Below are positions 1 to 12,571 of a DNA stretch of 64,000 nucleotides, in pieces (the first letter of the stretch is position 1; each line of letters opens with the position of its first letter). The DNA lies in NCBI GenBank assembly GCA_963664225.1, contig OY760937.1, forward strand, positions 1,312,001 to 1,376,000. Direction: 5' to 3'. The position numbers and the translations under genes are program-made. The notes beneath the pieces were generated by a model. It saw only the letters and a list, made by a program, of their open reading frames with translations, was not told the origin of the DNA and searched no databases. Source of the DNA: Verrucomicrobiia bacterium. Lineage in GTDB: Bacteria > Verrucomicrobiota > Verrucomicrobiia > Limisphaerales > UBA1319.

Positions 1-157
1 CAAGGCTCATCCGCACCAGTGCGCTGCCCAGAAACCAAAGCGCCGGATGTTTGGAGGATACGCATTGCCGCACGGACCACCACAGTCCGCCGAAGAAAAT
101 CGCGCCGAGTGAAAGGCCCGCGACCAGAGCGGACGCCAAAATTAAAAACTCATTCAT
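1..157 (-). CDS. atpR: N-ATPase AtpR-type membrane subunit, 3'-truncated by window edge
   Basis: Hand translation from ATG at 157: MNEFLILASALVAGLSLGAIFFGGLWWSVRQCVSSKHPALWFLGSALVRMSL. FFGGLWW motif; start overlaps the 3' end of atpQ; N-ATPase gene order D-C-Q-R. Confidence 0.85.
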   Translation of the reverse strand, partial: MNEFLILASALVAGLSLGAIFFGGLWWSVRQCVSSKHPALWFLGSALVRMSL

Positions 158-474
158 GGTCATCCTCCTGTTCGTCCCGCATGGCTTTTTCTTCCTTGGC
201 CACCCAAAACCACGCATTCAAACAGCCGATCGCCAGCCCACCAACCAGCAAGGCCAGTGTCCAGGAACGGCCTCCCGGATGGTGTTTGTCCAACCAGATT
301 CCAAGCGCAGCACCTAGCAGCGTCGGAACGACCACCGACCATCCAATCAGCCCCATCATCCCCAAGCCGAACCAGACACCCTGCGTGGAGTTGCGCGCCT
401 TGAGCTTGCGCGTTGCCTTCGCACCGACCTGCTCAGCAAGAGTCGGCCTGCTTTTCGAGGATTGTTTTGGCTCG

Positions 475-482
<8 letters not shown>
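150..482 (-). CDS. atpQ: N-ATPase AtpQ (AtpZ/AtpI family) membrane protein
   Basis: 110 aa with GLGMMGLIGWSVVVPTLLGAALGIWLD...WTLALL motif; directly downstream of epsilon. Confidence 0.88.
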
Positions 483-2731
<2,249 letters not shown>

Positions 2732-2772
2732 TTAAAACATGTCCTTTCGACTGAATTAGGTTAGTTTCCGCG

Positions 2773-4062
2773 ATGAGTATGTGCATTCTTACAACCGGAG
2801 CTCCGAAGCGGATCGGCTTCATATCGACCCGCTTTCAAGGCACCGATGGTGTGACCCTGGAAGCCCGGAAATGGGCTCAGATCCTCAAGGGCATGGGGCA
2901 TTCCTGTTTCTGGATGGCCGGCCAGCTTGATGCACCCGCGGAAGTCAGCCAAACCGCGCCGCTGGCCTTCTTCAATCACCCGGAAGTCATGGATGTTCAA
3001 AACAAAATGTTTGGCGTTTCCTGCCGAACTCGGAGCGTTACCAACCAGATTCAGTCCATCAAGGAACATCTCAAGGATGAATTGTATTGTTTCATAGAAA
3101 AATTCCACCTCGAAGTGCTCATACCGGAGAACATTCTTGCCATCCCGATGCATGTGCCGCTGGGACTGGCGGTGACCGAGGTGATTGCTGAGACTACAAT
3201 TCCGGTCGTGGCACACCACCATGATTTCACTTGGGAACGTGAGCGCTTCACCCTCAATGCGGTCAATGATTACCTCCAGGCCGCCTTTCCTCCGCTGCTC
3301 TATGGGATGGAGCACGTCGTCATCAATTCAATGCAGCAAAAGGAACTCGCGCGCCGTCTGGGGATTCCCTCGCAAATCATTCCCAATGTCCTGGACTTCG
3401 AAACCCCACCGCCCGGCCTGGACAGTTATAACGCCGACCTGCGCCAGGAAATCGGCCTGAGCGAGGATGACCATTTCATACTGCAACCCACGCGAGTGGT
3501 CGCCCGCAAAGGCATCGAACACGCTATTGAACTGGTGCGCCGCCTGCGCGAACCCCGCGCAAAACTGGTCATTTCGCATCCGGCGGGCGATGAGGGCAAC
3601 GCTTACATGGCCATGCTTAAGGACCGCATTGCCGACGCGGGCATCGATGTGCGCTTCATCGCGGACCGCGTGGGTGAAGCGCGCGGTGTGAATGCGGAGG
3701 GTCGCAAGGTTTATACCCTGGCCGATGTGTATCCGCACGCCGATCTGGTGACTTATCCCAGTCACTACGAAGGCTTTGGCAATGCCTTTCTGGAGGCGGT
3801 GTATTTCGGCAAGCCGGTTGTGGTAAACACCTACGCCGTGTATGCCCGCGATATTGATCCGCTGGGATTCAAAACGATTGAAATGACCCAACTGGTCACC
3901 CGCGAGGTAGTGGAAGAAACCCGGGAAATCCTGCGTAACAAATCCATGCGAGATGAATGGGCCAGGACCAATTACGAATTGGGCCTGAAGTATTTCTCAT
4001 ATGCCGTGGCCCGCCGGAAACTGGCCGCACGGTTCGCCAATCTTTTCGGCGAGGGAGTTTGA
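2773..4062 (+). CDS. GT4 glycosyltransferase, mannosylglucosylglycerate synthase (MggS)-like
   Basis: DGVTLEARKW, VAHHHDFTWER, FPP, HVVINS, PNVLDF and YEGFGNAFLE; the motif pattern resembles Thermotogales MggS as I recall it. Confidence 0.8.
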   Translation: MSMCILTTGAPKRIGFISTRFQGTDGVTLEARKWAQILKGMGHSCFWMAGQLDAPAEVSQTAPLAFFNHPEVMDVQNKMFGVSCRTRSVTNQIQSIKEHLKDELYCFIEKFHLEVLIPENILAIPMHVPLGLAVTEVIAETTIPVVAHHHDFTWERERFTLNAVNDYLQAAFPPLLYGMEHVVINSMQQKELARRLGIPSQIIPNVLDFETPPPGLDSYNADLRQEIGLSEDDHFILQPTRVVARKGIEHAIELVRRLREPRAKLVISHPAGDEGNAYMAMLKDRIADAGIDVRFIADRVGEARGVNAEGRKVYTLADVYPHADLVTYPSHYEGFGNAFLEAVYFGKPVVVNTYAVYARDIDPLGFKTIEMTQLVTREVVEETREILRNKSMRDEWARTNYELGLKYFSYAVARRKLAARFANLFGEGV

Positions 4063-4072
4063 TTCGCAAACA

Positions 4073-5800
4073 TCAAACATCTTCTTGCAACTTCTGGGCC
4101 ATTTGAGTCTCAGCGCGCAGCAAGTCGTGTAAAGTCACCAACCCCACAGGCACACCTCCTTCCCGATCCAATATCACCACGAATTGTGTGGTGGATTCAA
4201 TCAACAGCGTCTGCAATTCACCGATCGTGAGGTTCCGCAAGCAGGTCGTGGCCGGTTCCAATTTGGGAGTGGGATGCCCGGCGACCACCGCCTCGGCTTC
4301 CTTGCGGGTCAGGATTCCCGCCAACCGGCCATCCTGCACAAAAGGGAATCGCTGATAGGGATGCTGGTTCAATTTCTCTTTTAATGCAGCCCGTCCCAAA
4401 TCTTCCACGGCTGCCACCTGGAAATTCGCGATGGCTGATACGGGCAACTGCTGCCAGCTTTGCAGGTCTCGAGGAGGACGCACATGCTCAATGCGGTGGC
4501 CATCCTGTTCAAGCAAGGCTTCATAAAAGTTATGTCGATTCATGCGTCTGCTGATCGCCTGACTGATCAACGCGCCAATCATGAGTGCCGGCACAAGCGC
4601 AAATTCGTGCGTCATCTCAAAGACAATAAGAATGCCTGTCACGGGTGCCCCGACAACAGCCCCCAGACACGCGCTCATTCCCACAACTGCCAGAGCAAGC
4701 GAATCCGCGTGCGAAACATGCCATTCCAAGCCCATGAGACCAGCCACCGCAACACCAGCCATACCGCCAAAAAACAGGGAGGGTGAGAAAATTCCACCAC
4801 ATCCCCCAAAGCCGTAACAGCTGAATGTCGCCACAAACTTTGTTGCCAATAATACCGCAGCCAACTGCCAGCCGATGTCGCCCGCCAGCGCGCTGGAGAG
4901 GTCGTCGTATCCAAGGCTGAACACACCCAAACGTCCCGTTTGACAAAATACCCCGACGCCCAGGACCCAAGTCACAAGGCCCCCGACAGCAGGGAGCATC
5001 CAGGCTGGCATTTGAGAGTTACGCTTCATTCGCAAGCGCAAGCCAAGTGCGGCACGTTGAAAATACACACCAATCACGCTGGCAATGGCCGCTACGACTG
5101 GCGTCAACAAATAGCCCATCCAGGTTGGTGTCTGCACACCGGAAAGAGTGAACGAGGGTTGCTTTCCAATAATGCCATGCACCACCAACGCGCCCAAAAC
5201 CGAAGCCAGCAGCACCGGCCCGAGATAACGACTATTTAAATCTCCGATGATTTCTTCGAGAACAAAGGTGGTGGCAGCCAGGGGCGTGTTGAAGGCCGCA
5301 GCGAGTCCGGCCGACGCCCCCACTGCCGCCGCAGAACGGCGGTTCTGTTTTGGCTCTCCAGCCAACCCTGCCAGATTGGAACTGATTGCACCAGCCAACT
5401 GCACGCTTGGGCCTTCCCGGCCAAGGCTTGATCCGCCTCCGATGCTGATAATACCAGCGATGAACTTTACCCAGGCCACGCGCCAGGGCACCATTCCAAA
5501 ATCCTTCCAAAAAGCCAACTTGAGCTGGGGAATGCCGCTACCGGATGCTTCGCGGCAGAAAGAGTTCAACAGCCATCCCACCACGAGCGACGACACAACC
5601 ACGATGCAGAAACTGCCAAGGATGAATGTCCACTTTGATCCGTGGGAAAACCTGAGCAATCCAATCCGGTAGAACCAATTCATGCCCAGTTGGAAAAGAA
5701 CGGTTACCACACCAGCAGAGAGGCCGTAAAGACAGGTCTGAACAACCGTCCGTGTTTGTTTGGGCAGCTTCTGAAATAACGAGGCCAGCAAAAATGTCAT
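4073..5800 (-). CDS. ClC family Cl-/H+ antiporter with C-terminal CBS pair
   Basis: GSGIP, GREGP (gating Glu), FVLEEI (proton Glu), GGIFSP, FEMT, CBS-like GILTR/GLVTLHDLL. Start could be 5842. Confidence 0.93.
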   Translation of the reverse strand: MTFLLASLFQKLPKQTRTVVQTCLYGLSAGVVTVLFQLGMNWFYRIGLLRFSHGSKWTFILGSFCIVVVSSLVVGWLLNSFCREASGSGIPQLKLAFWKDFGMVPWRVAWVKFIAGIISIGGGSSLGREGPSVQLAGAISSNLAGLAGEPKQNRRSAAAVGASAGLAAAFNTPLAATTFVLEEIIGDLNSRYLGPVLLASVLGALVVHGIIGKQPSFTLSGVQTPTWMGYLLTPVVAAIASVIGVYFQRAALGLRLRMKRNSQMPAWMLPAVGGLVTWVLGVGVFCQTGRLGVFSLGYDDLSSALAGDIGWQLAAVLLATKFVATFSCYGFGGCGGIFSPSLFFGGMAGVAVAGLMGLEWHVSHADSLALAVVGMSACLGAVVGAPVTGILIVFEMTHEFALVPALMIGALISQAISRRMNRHNFYEALLEQDGHRIEHVRPPRDLQSWQQLPVSAIANFQVAAVEDLGRAALKEKLNQHPYQRFPFVQDGRLAGILTRKEAEAVVAGHPTPKLEPATTCLRNLTIGELQTLLIESTTQFVVILDREGGVPVGLVTLHDLLRAETQMAQKLQEDV

Positions 5801-6018
5801 TGCGCTTACAGTTTCGATCCATTTCACCCTTGTTTTCAACAAGGAATATTCACGGGTGTAAGTCAGATTTCATCTGGAAGGTCTGATTTTCAAAGTTTTA
5901 AGAGGCGAATCTATAAGGAATTTATAAATTCGGATCATTTCGTGCCTGAGCAATGGGGTTTGGGACGTCTTGATTTCCGACAATCCTGATGGAGTGTAGG
6001 GGCGAGAATTCAACTGCA

Positions 6019-6660
6019 ATGGCACTGGAACAGTCTCAGAATCGATCGCAGATTGAGGGAGAAAACGCGCCTCCCGTCTCCAGCAGTGCGCCACGTCTCG
6101 ATCCCGAGCAATGGGTGGAAAACCATGGCGATATGCTGTTTGGGTATGCCATGGCCAGGGTCCGCGATCAAGGCATTGCGCAGGAGTTGGTTCAAGAGAC
6201 CTTTCTCTCCGCGCTCAAAGGGATGCAAAGCTTTGCTGGAAAATCTAGCGAACGGGCCTGGCTATTTGGGATTCTCCGCAACAAGTTGACCGACCATTAC
6301 CGGCTTCTGAGCCGTGAAATACCCATGTCGGACTTTGAGTCATCGAGTCCCGAGGAGGATGGATTCTTCCAACCCTGCGGAATGGGAAAGGACGGTTGGA
6401 TCCGCCGACACGCACCCAAGCGATGGGATTCGCCAGACGAAAGTCTGATGAACAAGGAATTTCAACTCGTTTTTCACAATTGCCTATCGCGCCTGCCGGA
6501 AAAGACGGCTCGGGTATTCATGCTGCAGGAGATCGATGGCGATTCCAGTGAAGAAACTTGTAAGGTTTTGAATCTCTCCGCGAACAACCTATGGGTCATG
6601 CTTCACCGTGCGCGGATGGCTCTACGGCGGTGCCTTGAAATTCACTGGTTCGGGAAATGA
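6019..6660 (+). CDS. ECF sigma-70 factor
   Basis: Region 2 AQELVQETFL/WLFGILRNK; region 4 LSRLPE..RVFML...LHRAR. Confidence 0.93.
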   Translation: MALEQSQNRSQIEGENAPPVSSSAPRLDPEQWVENHGDMLFGYAMARVRDQGIAQELVQETFLSALKGMQSFAGKSSERAWLFGILRNKLTDHYRLLSREIPMSDFESSSPEEDGFFQPCGMGKDGWIRRHAPKRWDSPDESLMNKEFQLVFHNCLSRLPEKTARVFMLQEIDGDSSEETCKVLNLSANNLWVMLHRARMALRRCLEIHWFGK

Positions 6661-6726
6661 AAACAAAATGAATGATATGACGCAACAGGCGGGGTCCTTG
6701 CGAAAATATAAAAAGGGCCAAAGGCC

Positions 6727-6999
6727 ATGCTAAACTGTCGTCAGGTCACACGTCTGGTTTCGCGGTCGATGGATGAGAAACTGCCCTGGCACCAACGCCT
6801 GGGAATGCAGTTGCACCTGTTGTATTGTGTCTGGTGCCGTCGCTATGCCGTCCAACTCCGGTTTTTGCGGGTCGCCACACGACGTTTGCTGAATGGATTG
6901 GATGATGCTCCGCCACAATCTCTTTCCCTTGAAGCAAAGGAACAAATCCAGGCCTGCCTGCGCCGGGCGATGAAACAATCGCCACCGGCAGGGGAGTGA
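6727..6999 (+). CDS. zf-HC2 anti-sigma factor (soluble)
   Basis: MLNC...HLLYCVWC (HxxxCxxC); follows the ECF sigma gene. Confidence 0.88.
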   Translation: MLNCRQVTRLVSRSMDEKLPWHQRLGMQLHLLYCVWCRRYAVQLRFLRVATRRLLNGLDDAPPQSLSLEAKEQIQACLRRAMKQSPPAGE

Positions 7000-7084
7000 T
7001 TCGGGCCCGTATTGGCGAAGTCTGCTGCTCTGGCTTCGGCTTTTAGAATGCTTTCCCGCGCTTCGAACATTTTTCCAGGTTCCG

Positions 7085-7111
7085 TGTAAGGATTTTCGGT
7101 TCTCCACGACT
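7085..7111 (+). promoter_or_regulatory. Putative ECF promoter TGTAAG-N16-CGACT
   Basis: Bipartite motif with 16-nt spacer between the anti-sigma gene and the beta-propeller gene. Confidence 0.55.
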
Positions 7112-7209
7112 TCCCTGTGTGCGACCGATTCGCCCATGGCGTTAGGAGTTTGGAAGACGACACATGGGACCGGTTGCGCATGAACATCATGAAGAAAGAT
7201 AACAAGAAA

Positions 7210-8328
7210 ATGAAAACGACAACATTCGCAATAAAAATGGCGGGTCTGGGATTAGGGCTGGCCCTATTGGCCAGCATCGCTAAAGCCGAGGATCAGGGAG
7301 CCCTTTTCACAATGAACAACGCAGCCACTGATAACCATGCATTGATATTTCATCGTGCGGCTAATGGGGCGATTGCCCCGGTTGGCAGTTATGCCACAGG
7401 AGGCGATGGCTCTGGAACTGGACTCCCAAGTCAGGGATCGGTTTTGCTTAGCCCCAACGGGCATTGGTTATTTGTTTGCAATGCCGGGAGTGATGAGATT
7501 TCGGTTTTCGCCGTCTCCCACCGTGGTTTGATACTCGCAGATAAAGTGAGTTCGGGAGGCCGCTTTCCTCTGAGCCTGGCGTTGGACCATAATCTTCTTT
7601 ATGTACTGAATGCAGGCGGGTTGACAGGCGGCAAAGATAATATTGTGGGCTTTGCATTTGCCGGTGGCTCACTCGAAGCACTTCCGAATTCATCTCGTGC
7701 CCTGAGCGGTGACAATACTGGCCCGGCCCAGATATCGTTCGCGCCAGATGGCAAAACTCTTGTGGTGACAGAGCGGATGTCCAATCTCATCAACACTTTC
7801 ACAGTGGGCGAGGATGGGTTGACGACGGAGCATAAAACCTTTCAATCAGTGGGAGCCACGCCGTTTGGTTTTGCTGTTGGCCGGGAAAACCTTATTTTTG
7901 TATCGGAGGCGGTGGGAGGCATGCCCAATGCGAGTTCCGCATCCTCTTACAGTGTTTCAGAGGAGGGCGAGCTCGCTGTGATTAGTGGCGCCGTGCCCAC
8001 AAAACAAACGGCTGCATGCTGGCTGACGGCCTCGCGGAATGGGCGATTTGTTTACACAGCCAATGCGGGTAGCGGCTCCATTTCAGGCTTCAGAGTGGCC
8101 CATAATGGTCACCTTCAACTCCTGGATACCGACGGTCAAACAGCCTTGACCGGGAACGGAAGCCATCCGACGGACATGGTCGAAAGCCGAGGTGGCCGAT
8201 TCTTTTACAGTCTGAACAATGGAAATGGAACAATCAGCGCGTTTTATTCGATTCCCAATGGAGCACTCCATCCCCTGATGGTGTTACCGGGGCTTCCCAC
8301 CAGTGCGTCAGGCCTGGCAGGTCAATAA
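7210..8328 (+). CDS. Secreted lactonase-family beta-propeller protein
   Basis: Signal peptide MKTTTFAIK...AKA; repeated blades (WLFVCNAGS, LLYVLNAG, FVYTANAGS); start uncertain. Confidence 0.85.
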   Translation: MKTTTFAIKMAGLGLGLALLASIAKAEDQGALFTMNNAATDNHALIFHRAANGAIAPVGSYATGGDGSGTGLPSQGSVLLSPNGHWLFVCNAGSDEISVFAVSHRGLILADKVSSGGRFPLSLALDHNLLYVLNAGGLTGGKDNIVGFAFAGGSLEALPNSSRALSGDNTGPAQISFAPDGKTLVVTERMSNLINTFTVGEDGLTTEHKTFQSVGATPFGFAVGRENLIFVSEAVGGMPNASSASSYSVSEEGELAVISGAVPTKQTAACWLTASRNGRFVYTANAGSGSISGFRVAHNGHLQLLDTDGQTALTGNGSHPTDMVESRGGRFFYSLNNGNGTISAFYSIPNGALHPLMVLPGLPTSASGLAGQ

Positions 8329-8352
8329 GGGCTTTCAAATGTGGTGGGCAGG

Positions 8353-8397
8353 CCCATCAGTGGAGCGCCAGAAGGCCAACCCGCTGATGGGTTTAAT
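8353..8397 (+). terminator. Putative stem-loop terminator
   Basis: CCCATCAGTGG/CCGCTGATGGG inverted repeat followed by TTTAAT. Confidence 0.45.
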
Positions 8398-8605
8398 AGT
8401 TTTATGACGCGGGCTATCACATGCGATCCATTTATCGGATCCAACCGCCAGTCAAAGCATTGCTCATGACGTTAAGTGGTCAAATAATCAGCAACTTACA
8501 ACCATTTTGTGGCGACGCTTGCCAAATTGCGCCACATCAATGCGCTGCTTCGCGCCCCAAATTATTCATCGCACGTTTATTTGTTACGTGGCAGAATCCG
8601 GGTCC

Positions 8606-9298
8606 ATGAAGAATGCTGATCGAGTCTCGACCTCCAGTGCTGACATATTGCGAGTCTTCCAATCCAAGAGCCAAACCAAGGCGTTTTACAATAAGATCTG
8701 TCGTTTCTATGATCTGCTTTCGGACCGTAGTGAAGCGCCGATGCGAAAGGCAGGACTTGCAATGTTGAAGGCGTCTTCCGGTGAGAAAGTCCTGGAAATC
8801 GGATTTGGCACCGGACACTGCCTTGCAGAGCTGGCCAAAGCCGTTGGCTCGACTGGCATTGTCTATGGCATCGATCTATCGAATGGAATGCTCAAGCTGG
8901 CCCAGCAGCAACTTAAGAAGGCAGGCCTCGCGCAGCGCGTGAAACTGCGCTGCGGAGACGCCAGCTCCTTGCCCTACCCGGACTCACGGCTTGATGCCAT
9001 TTTCATGAGCTTTACACTCGAATTGTTTGATACCCCGGAGATCCCACAGATTCTGGCTGAATGCTGTCGGACCCTCCGCCCCGGCGGTCGCCTCGTTGTG
9101 GCGGGAATGTCAAAAGAGGGACCGAAAGATCCCCTGGTTCATGTCTTTGAATGGACACATCGTCATTTCCCCAATTTTCTCGATTGCCGCCCCATTTATA
9201 TCCGTCAATCGATGGAAGCTGCAGGATTCACCATTCGCAAGTCGCTTGTTCGTCACATGTGGATTCCTGTTGAAATCGTTCTCGGCATAAAGTCCTGA
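8606..9298 (+). CDS. Class I SAM-dependent methyltransferase (UbiE-like)
   Basis: VLEIGFGTG, GIDLS, GDA..LPY, LRPGG. Confidence 0.9.
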   Translation: MKNADRVSTSSADILRVFQSKSQTKAFYNKICRFYDLLSDRSEAPMRKAGLAMLKASSGEKVLEIGFGTGHCLAELAKAVGSTGIVYGIDLSNGMLKLAQQQLKKAGLAQRVKLRCGDASSLPYPDSRLDAIFMSFTLELFDTPEIPQILAECCRTLRPGGRLVVAGMSKEGPKDPLVHVFEWTHRHFPNFLDCRPIYIRQSMEAAGFTIRKSLVRHMWIPVEIVLGIKS

Positions 9299-9360
9299 AT
9301 GATCCATTTGCAACTGGCAGGACTGCTTCTGCCCATTATGTTTTTCCGCCGCGTCGTCTG

Positions 9361-10668
9361 TTAACGGAAGAAGAGCAGAAACGCGACCAATCCGAGAATG
9401 GGTAATAAGATCGGCAGTGCGTAGCGCAATAAATATCCAAAGAAACCGGGCATTTTAACCTTGGCCCGCTCCGCTATGCTTTTAACCATGAAATTAGGAC
9501 CGTTCCCAATATAGGTCATTGCGCCAAAGAAAACTGCGCCTAATGAAATGGCCAGCAACTCACGGGGAAACCGCCCAGCCACTGTTGCCACATCGGCAGC
9601 ATTGCTCAGGCTAAGCCCGCGCGCTCCCATGTCCGCGGCCAGCAAGGTCAGGTAGGTCGGCGCATTGTCCAGCATGGCGGACAGAATCCCCGTAAGCCAA
9701 AAACACTTCATGGGCGAGTCCAATCCAAGACTTTGAGCGTGAATCTCCAGGTAATCCAAGGCCGGGACCATGGTTGCAAATATCCCCGCAAACAGCCATC
9801 CCACCTCACGGATCGGATGAAAAGTGAAGTCGTTGGATTCGTGTATGGACTTGGGCGTGAAATAGTAGGAAGCCACCGCTGCAGCCCCCATCAACGCCTC
9901 ACGCATCCCTGCCGGCTTCTCCAGGAACACCGCCACCAGAATCACGGCCAGTAGAGCCAAATTGCCTGCACCTTCGAATTTCCAGGTCTCGCTGGCTGTT
10001 TCTTTTTTGCGGACCAGAACCGGGGCTCGCAGAAAGTTTCGCCGATCGAGCACGTAGAAGATGGCCAGCAGCGCGCCGACCACCAGTGCCCAAGCGGGCC
10101 AGCAATGTTTCAACGTCCACCAGAACGGGACCCCTCTTAAGAAACCGAGAAACAGCGGCGGATCGCCAATAGGTGTGAGGCATCCGCCCGCATTACTTAC
10201 AATAAAGATGAAAAAGACGATGTGGAAGGCAGTGATCCGATATTTATTCATCCGCATCCAGGGGCGGATAAGCAGCATGGAGGCGCCGGTAGTACCCACC
10301 ACATTTGCAAGAACCGCTCCGATGAAGAGAAAGACGCAGTTGACACCCGGTGTGGATTCACCTTTGACCCGAATGTGAATACCCCCCGCCACAACAAACA
10401 GTGAGCCTATGAGTGCCATAAAACTCCCATACTCATAGATCACGTGAAACATACGGTCTCCCTGTTGCAATACCAACAGGTAATAGGCCGCAACAATCCC
10501 GCCCAACCCGATCGACACTTGATGATAATGCCGCTCCCACCAGTGATGATTAACGAAAGGCATGGCCGCGATGGACAGGAGAATCAGCCCAAAGGGTAGG
10601 ATCATCAACGGGTGCGGTTCTGCGGTATGGGTGGCCGCCAGCATTGGGATTAAAAGATTCGATATCAT
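9361..10668 (-). CDS. Sodium:proton antiporter (IT superfamily)
   Basis: Polytopic membrane protein with GTTGASMLLIRP, LTPIGDPPLFLG, LDNAPTY, TYIGNGPNFMV. Confidence 0.88.
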   Translation of the reverse strand: MISNLLIPMLAATHTAEPHPLMILPFGLILLSIAAMPFVNHHWWERHYHQVSIGLGGIVAAYYLLVLQQGDRMFHVIYEYGSFMALIGSLFVVAGGIHIRVKGESTPGVNCVFLFIGAVLANVVGTTGASMLLIRPWMRMNKYRITAFHIVFFIFIVSNAGGCLTPIGDPPLFLGFLRGVPFWWTLKHCWPAWALVVGALLAIFYVLDRRNFLRAPVLVRKKETASETWKFEGAGNLALLAVILVAVFLEKPAGMREALMGAAAVASYYFTPKSIHESNDFTFHPIREVGWLFAGIFATMVPALDYLEIHAQSLGLDSPMKCFWLTGILSAMLDNAPTYLTLLAADMGARGLSLSNAADVATVAGRFPRELLAISLGAVFFGAMTYIGNGPNFMVKSIAERAKVKMPGFFGYLLRYALPILLPILGLVAFLLFFR

Positions 10669-10822
10669 GGTTGCGAACACTCCCACAAGAGCAGTGCCAA
10701 CAGGATGGGCCGCCCTTGCTTAATACTGAAGCTTTCGGAAGCTTCCGAAAAGGGTTTCGAGTGAGAAATCAACGCTTCCTCCCCATCTGGAATTTGCAAA
10801 TTGGTGATCATCATAACAATGT

Positions 10823-12571
10823 TCATGGTGAATTCTCGTCACGCAGCCAAAGTGTTTGGAACCCATCCATCTCAAAGGATGTTATCCCGTTCCCACGCTG
10901 TGAATAGCGCCGACCGGTCAGTAAATCCATCCAGTCTTTTACATTATTCAATTCAGTCGGCAGTCCGGGAATGCATACCCTATCGTCCGAGATATTGTGA
11001 ATGCAGAGCAGCCTGTCGTTGTTTCCGTCCGATTTCCTGCCAACCACGAACAAACGGTGGTCGAGATCCAGAATCTCCTGCACGGCCTGGGGATGAAATG
11101 CCTTTTGCGCGCGGCGAATTCGCAGAAGCTTCTGCAATCCCAGCCAGACAAGGCTTCGCAGGGATTGGGTATCCGCGAGCTCGGATTCAAGTTGCTTGCG
11201 ATCGAGTTTCTCACGGTTGATGCGTCGGGGAATGCCACTGGCTATGGCTCCAGCGAGGTCTCCGCAGGAGCCAAACAGCGAATGGAAATAGATTCCAGGC
11301 ACGCCCTGTAAGCTCAATAGGATGGCATGTGCGGTAAGAAACTTGCGGGCCGCCCGCTCCACAGGCTCATTTTCCAACGGATTCGAAAGCGCGTCGAGAT
11401 AGTTGATGTTCATCTCGTAGGGTCGTTGCGAACCATCCGGCATGGCTTTGCTGGAAATGAAGCCCCCATGAGCTACAGCACACTTCACCAGCGCATCCAT
11501 CTCCACCTCGCTCAGGATGCCGCGCACCGGATTCAATCCGATGCCATCGTGCGATGCCAGGAAGTTAAAAAAGGTCACGCGATTAGATGGCAGCGCGAGC
11601 GCTTGTGCCCAACGCGTGAGTTTTTCCGCGTTGGCCGTCGCAAAGCTGTGCAGAAGCAGGGGTGACAAAGTGAAATTATAGACCAGTTGGGCCTCGTTCG
11701 CACCATCGCCGAGATAGGAAATATTGTCCGCGTGCGGCACGTTCGTTTCTGTGATGAGCAATACATGCGGGGCAACTTCGTCCAGCACCGCCCGCATGCA
11801 TTGAATGACGGTGTGTGTTTGAGGCAGATGCAAGCACGTCGTGCCGATTTCTTTCCAGAGAAAGGCAATGGCGTCCAACCGAATGAATCGCGCCCCTTTG
11901 CCCACATAGAACAGCAGCGCCTCAAGCACAGCCAGGAGCACGCGGGGATTCTTGAAGTTCAGGTCCACCTGGTCGGCGCTGAACGTGGTCCAGACCCGGC
12001 GCGGTCCGTTTGCGGTCGGGAACTCCGTAAGCAACGGCAGCGCGCGCGGACGGACCACCTGCGACAGGTCCGAATCCCCGTCCACAGTTACAAAGAAACC
12101 ACGGAAATCCAGTTCGTCGCGCTGAAAACGAGCAAACCAGTCCCCCTGCGCGGACAGGTGATTGAATACAGCGTCGAACATCAAATCAAAGGAAAGACCC
12201 AGTCGTTTTACGTCCGCCCACCGGCCCAGCGCAGGATCGATCTTGAAGTAATCCTTAACAGCAAACCCATCATCTGAAGACGATGGGTAGAATGGCAGGA
12301 TATGCACGCCACTGACAGCATCGCGTAAATGGGCATCACAAAATTCCGACAGCGTTTGCAAAGGAGTTCGGCCGGCTTCTCTGATCTGATCCGCATAGGT
12401 GATGAGCAGTGCGTCATTCTGAGTCAGATCCAAGTCTCGACGTTCCACAACCAGTTGCGATCCGAACTGCGCACGATGCCGATCCAGGAGCGCTTCGAAT
12501 TCCGGCAGAATCCCGTCCGCCACGGTCTGGCCATAGAGACTGCGCAAACACCCTCTGAGTATGCAGTTCAT
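10823..12571 (-). CDS. GH13_18 sugar phosphorylase, probably glucosylglycerate phosphorylase
   Basis: LITYAD, VHILPF, IRLDA nucleophile, ITETN acid/base followed by Asn, ASHDGIG, PYEMN (Glu where sucrose phosphorylases have Gln). Confidence 0.88.
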   Translation of the reverse strand: MNCILRGCLRSLYGQTVADGILPEFEALLDRHRAQFGSQLVVERRDLDLTQNDALLITYADQIREAGRTPLQTLSEFCDAHLRDAVSGVHILPFYPSSSDDGFAVKDYFKIDPALGRWADVKRLGLSFDLMFDAVFNHLSAQGDWFARFQRDELDFRGFFVTVDGDSDLSQVVRPRALPLLTEFPTANGPRRVWTTFSADQVDLNFKNPRVLLAVLEALLFYVGKGARFIRLDAIAFLWKEIGTTCLHLPQTHTVIQCMRAVLDEVAPHVLLITETNVPHADNISYLGDGANEAQLVYNFTLSPLLLHSFATANAEKLTRWAQALALPSNRVTFFNFLASHDGIGLNPVRGILSEVEMDALVKCAVAHGGFISSKAMPDGSQRPYEMNINYLDALSNPLENEPVERAARKFLTAHAILLSLQGVPGIYFHSLFGSCGDLAGAIASGIPRRINREKLDRKQLESELADTQSLRSLVWLGLQKLLRIRRAQKAFHPQAVQEILDLDHRLFVVGRKSDGNNDRLLCIHNISDDRVCIPGLPTELNNVKDWMDLLTGRRYSQRGNGITSFEMDGFQTLWLRDENSP

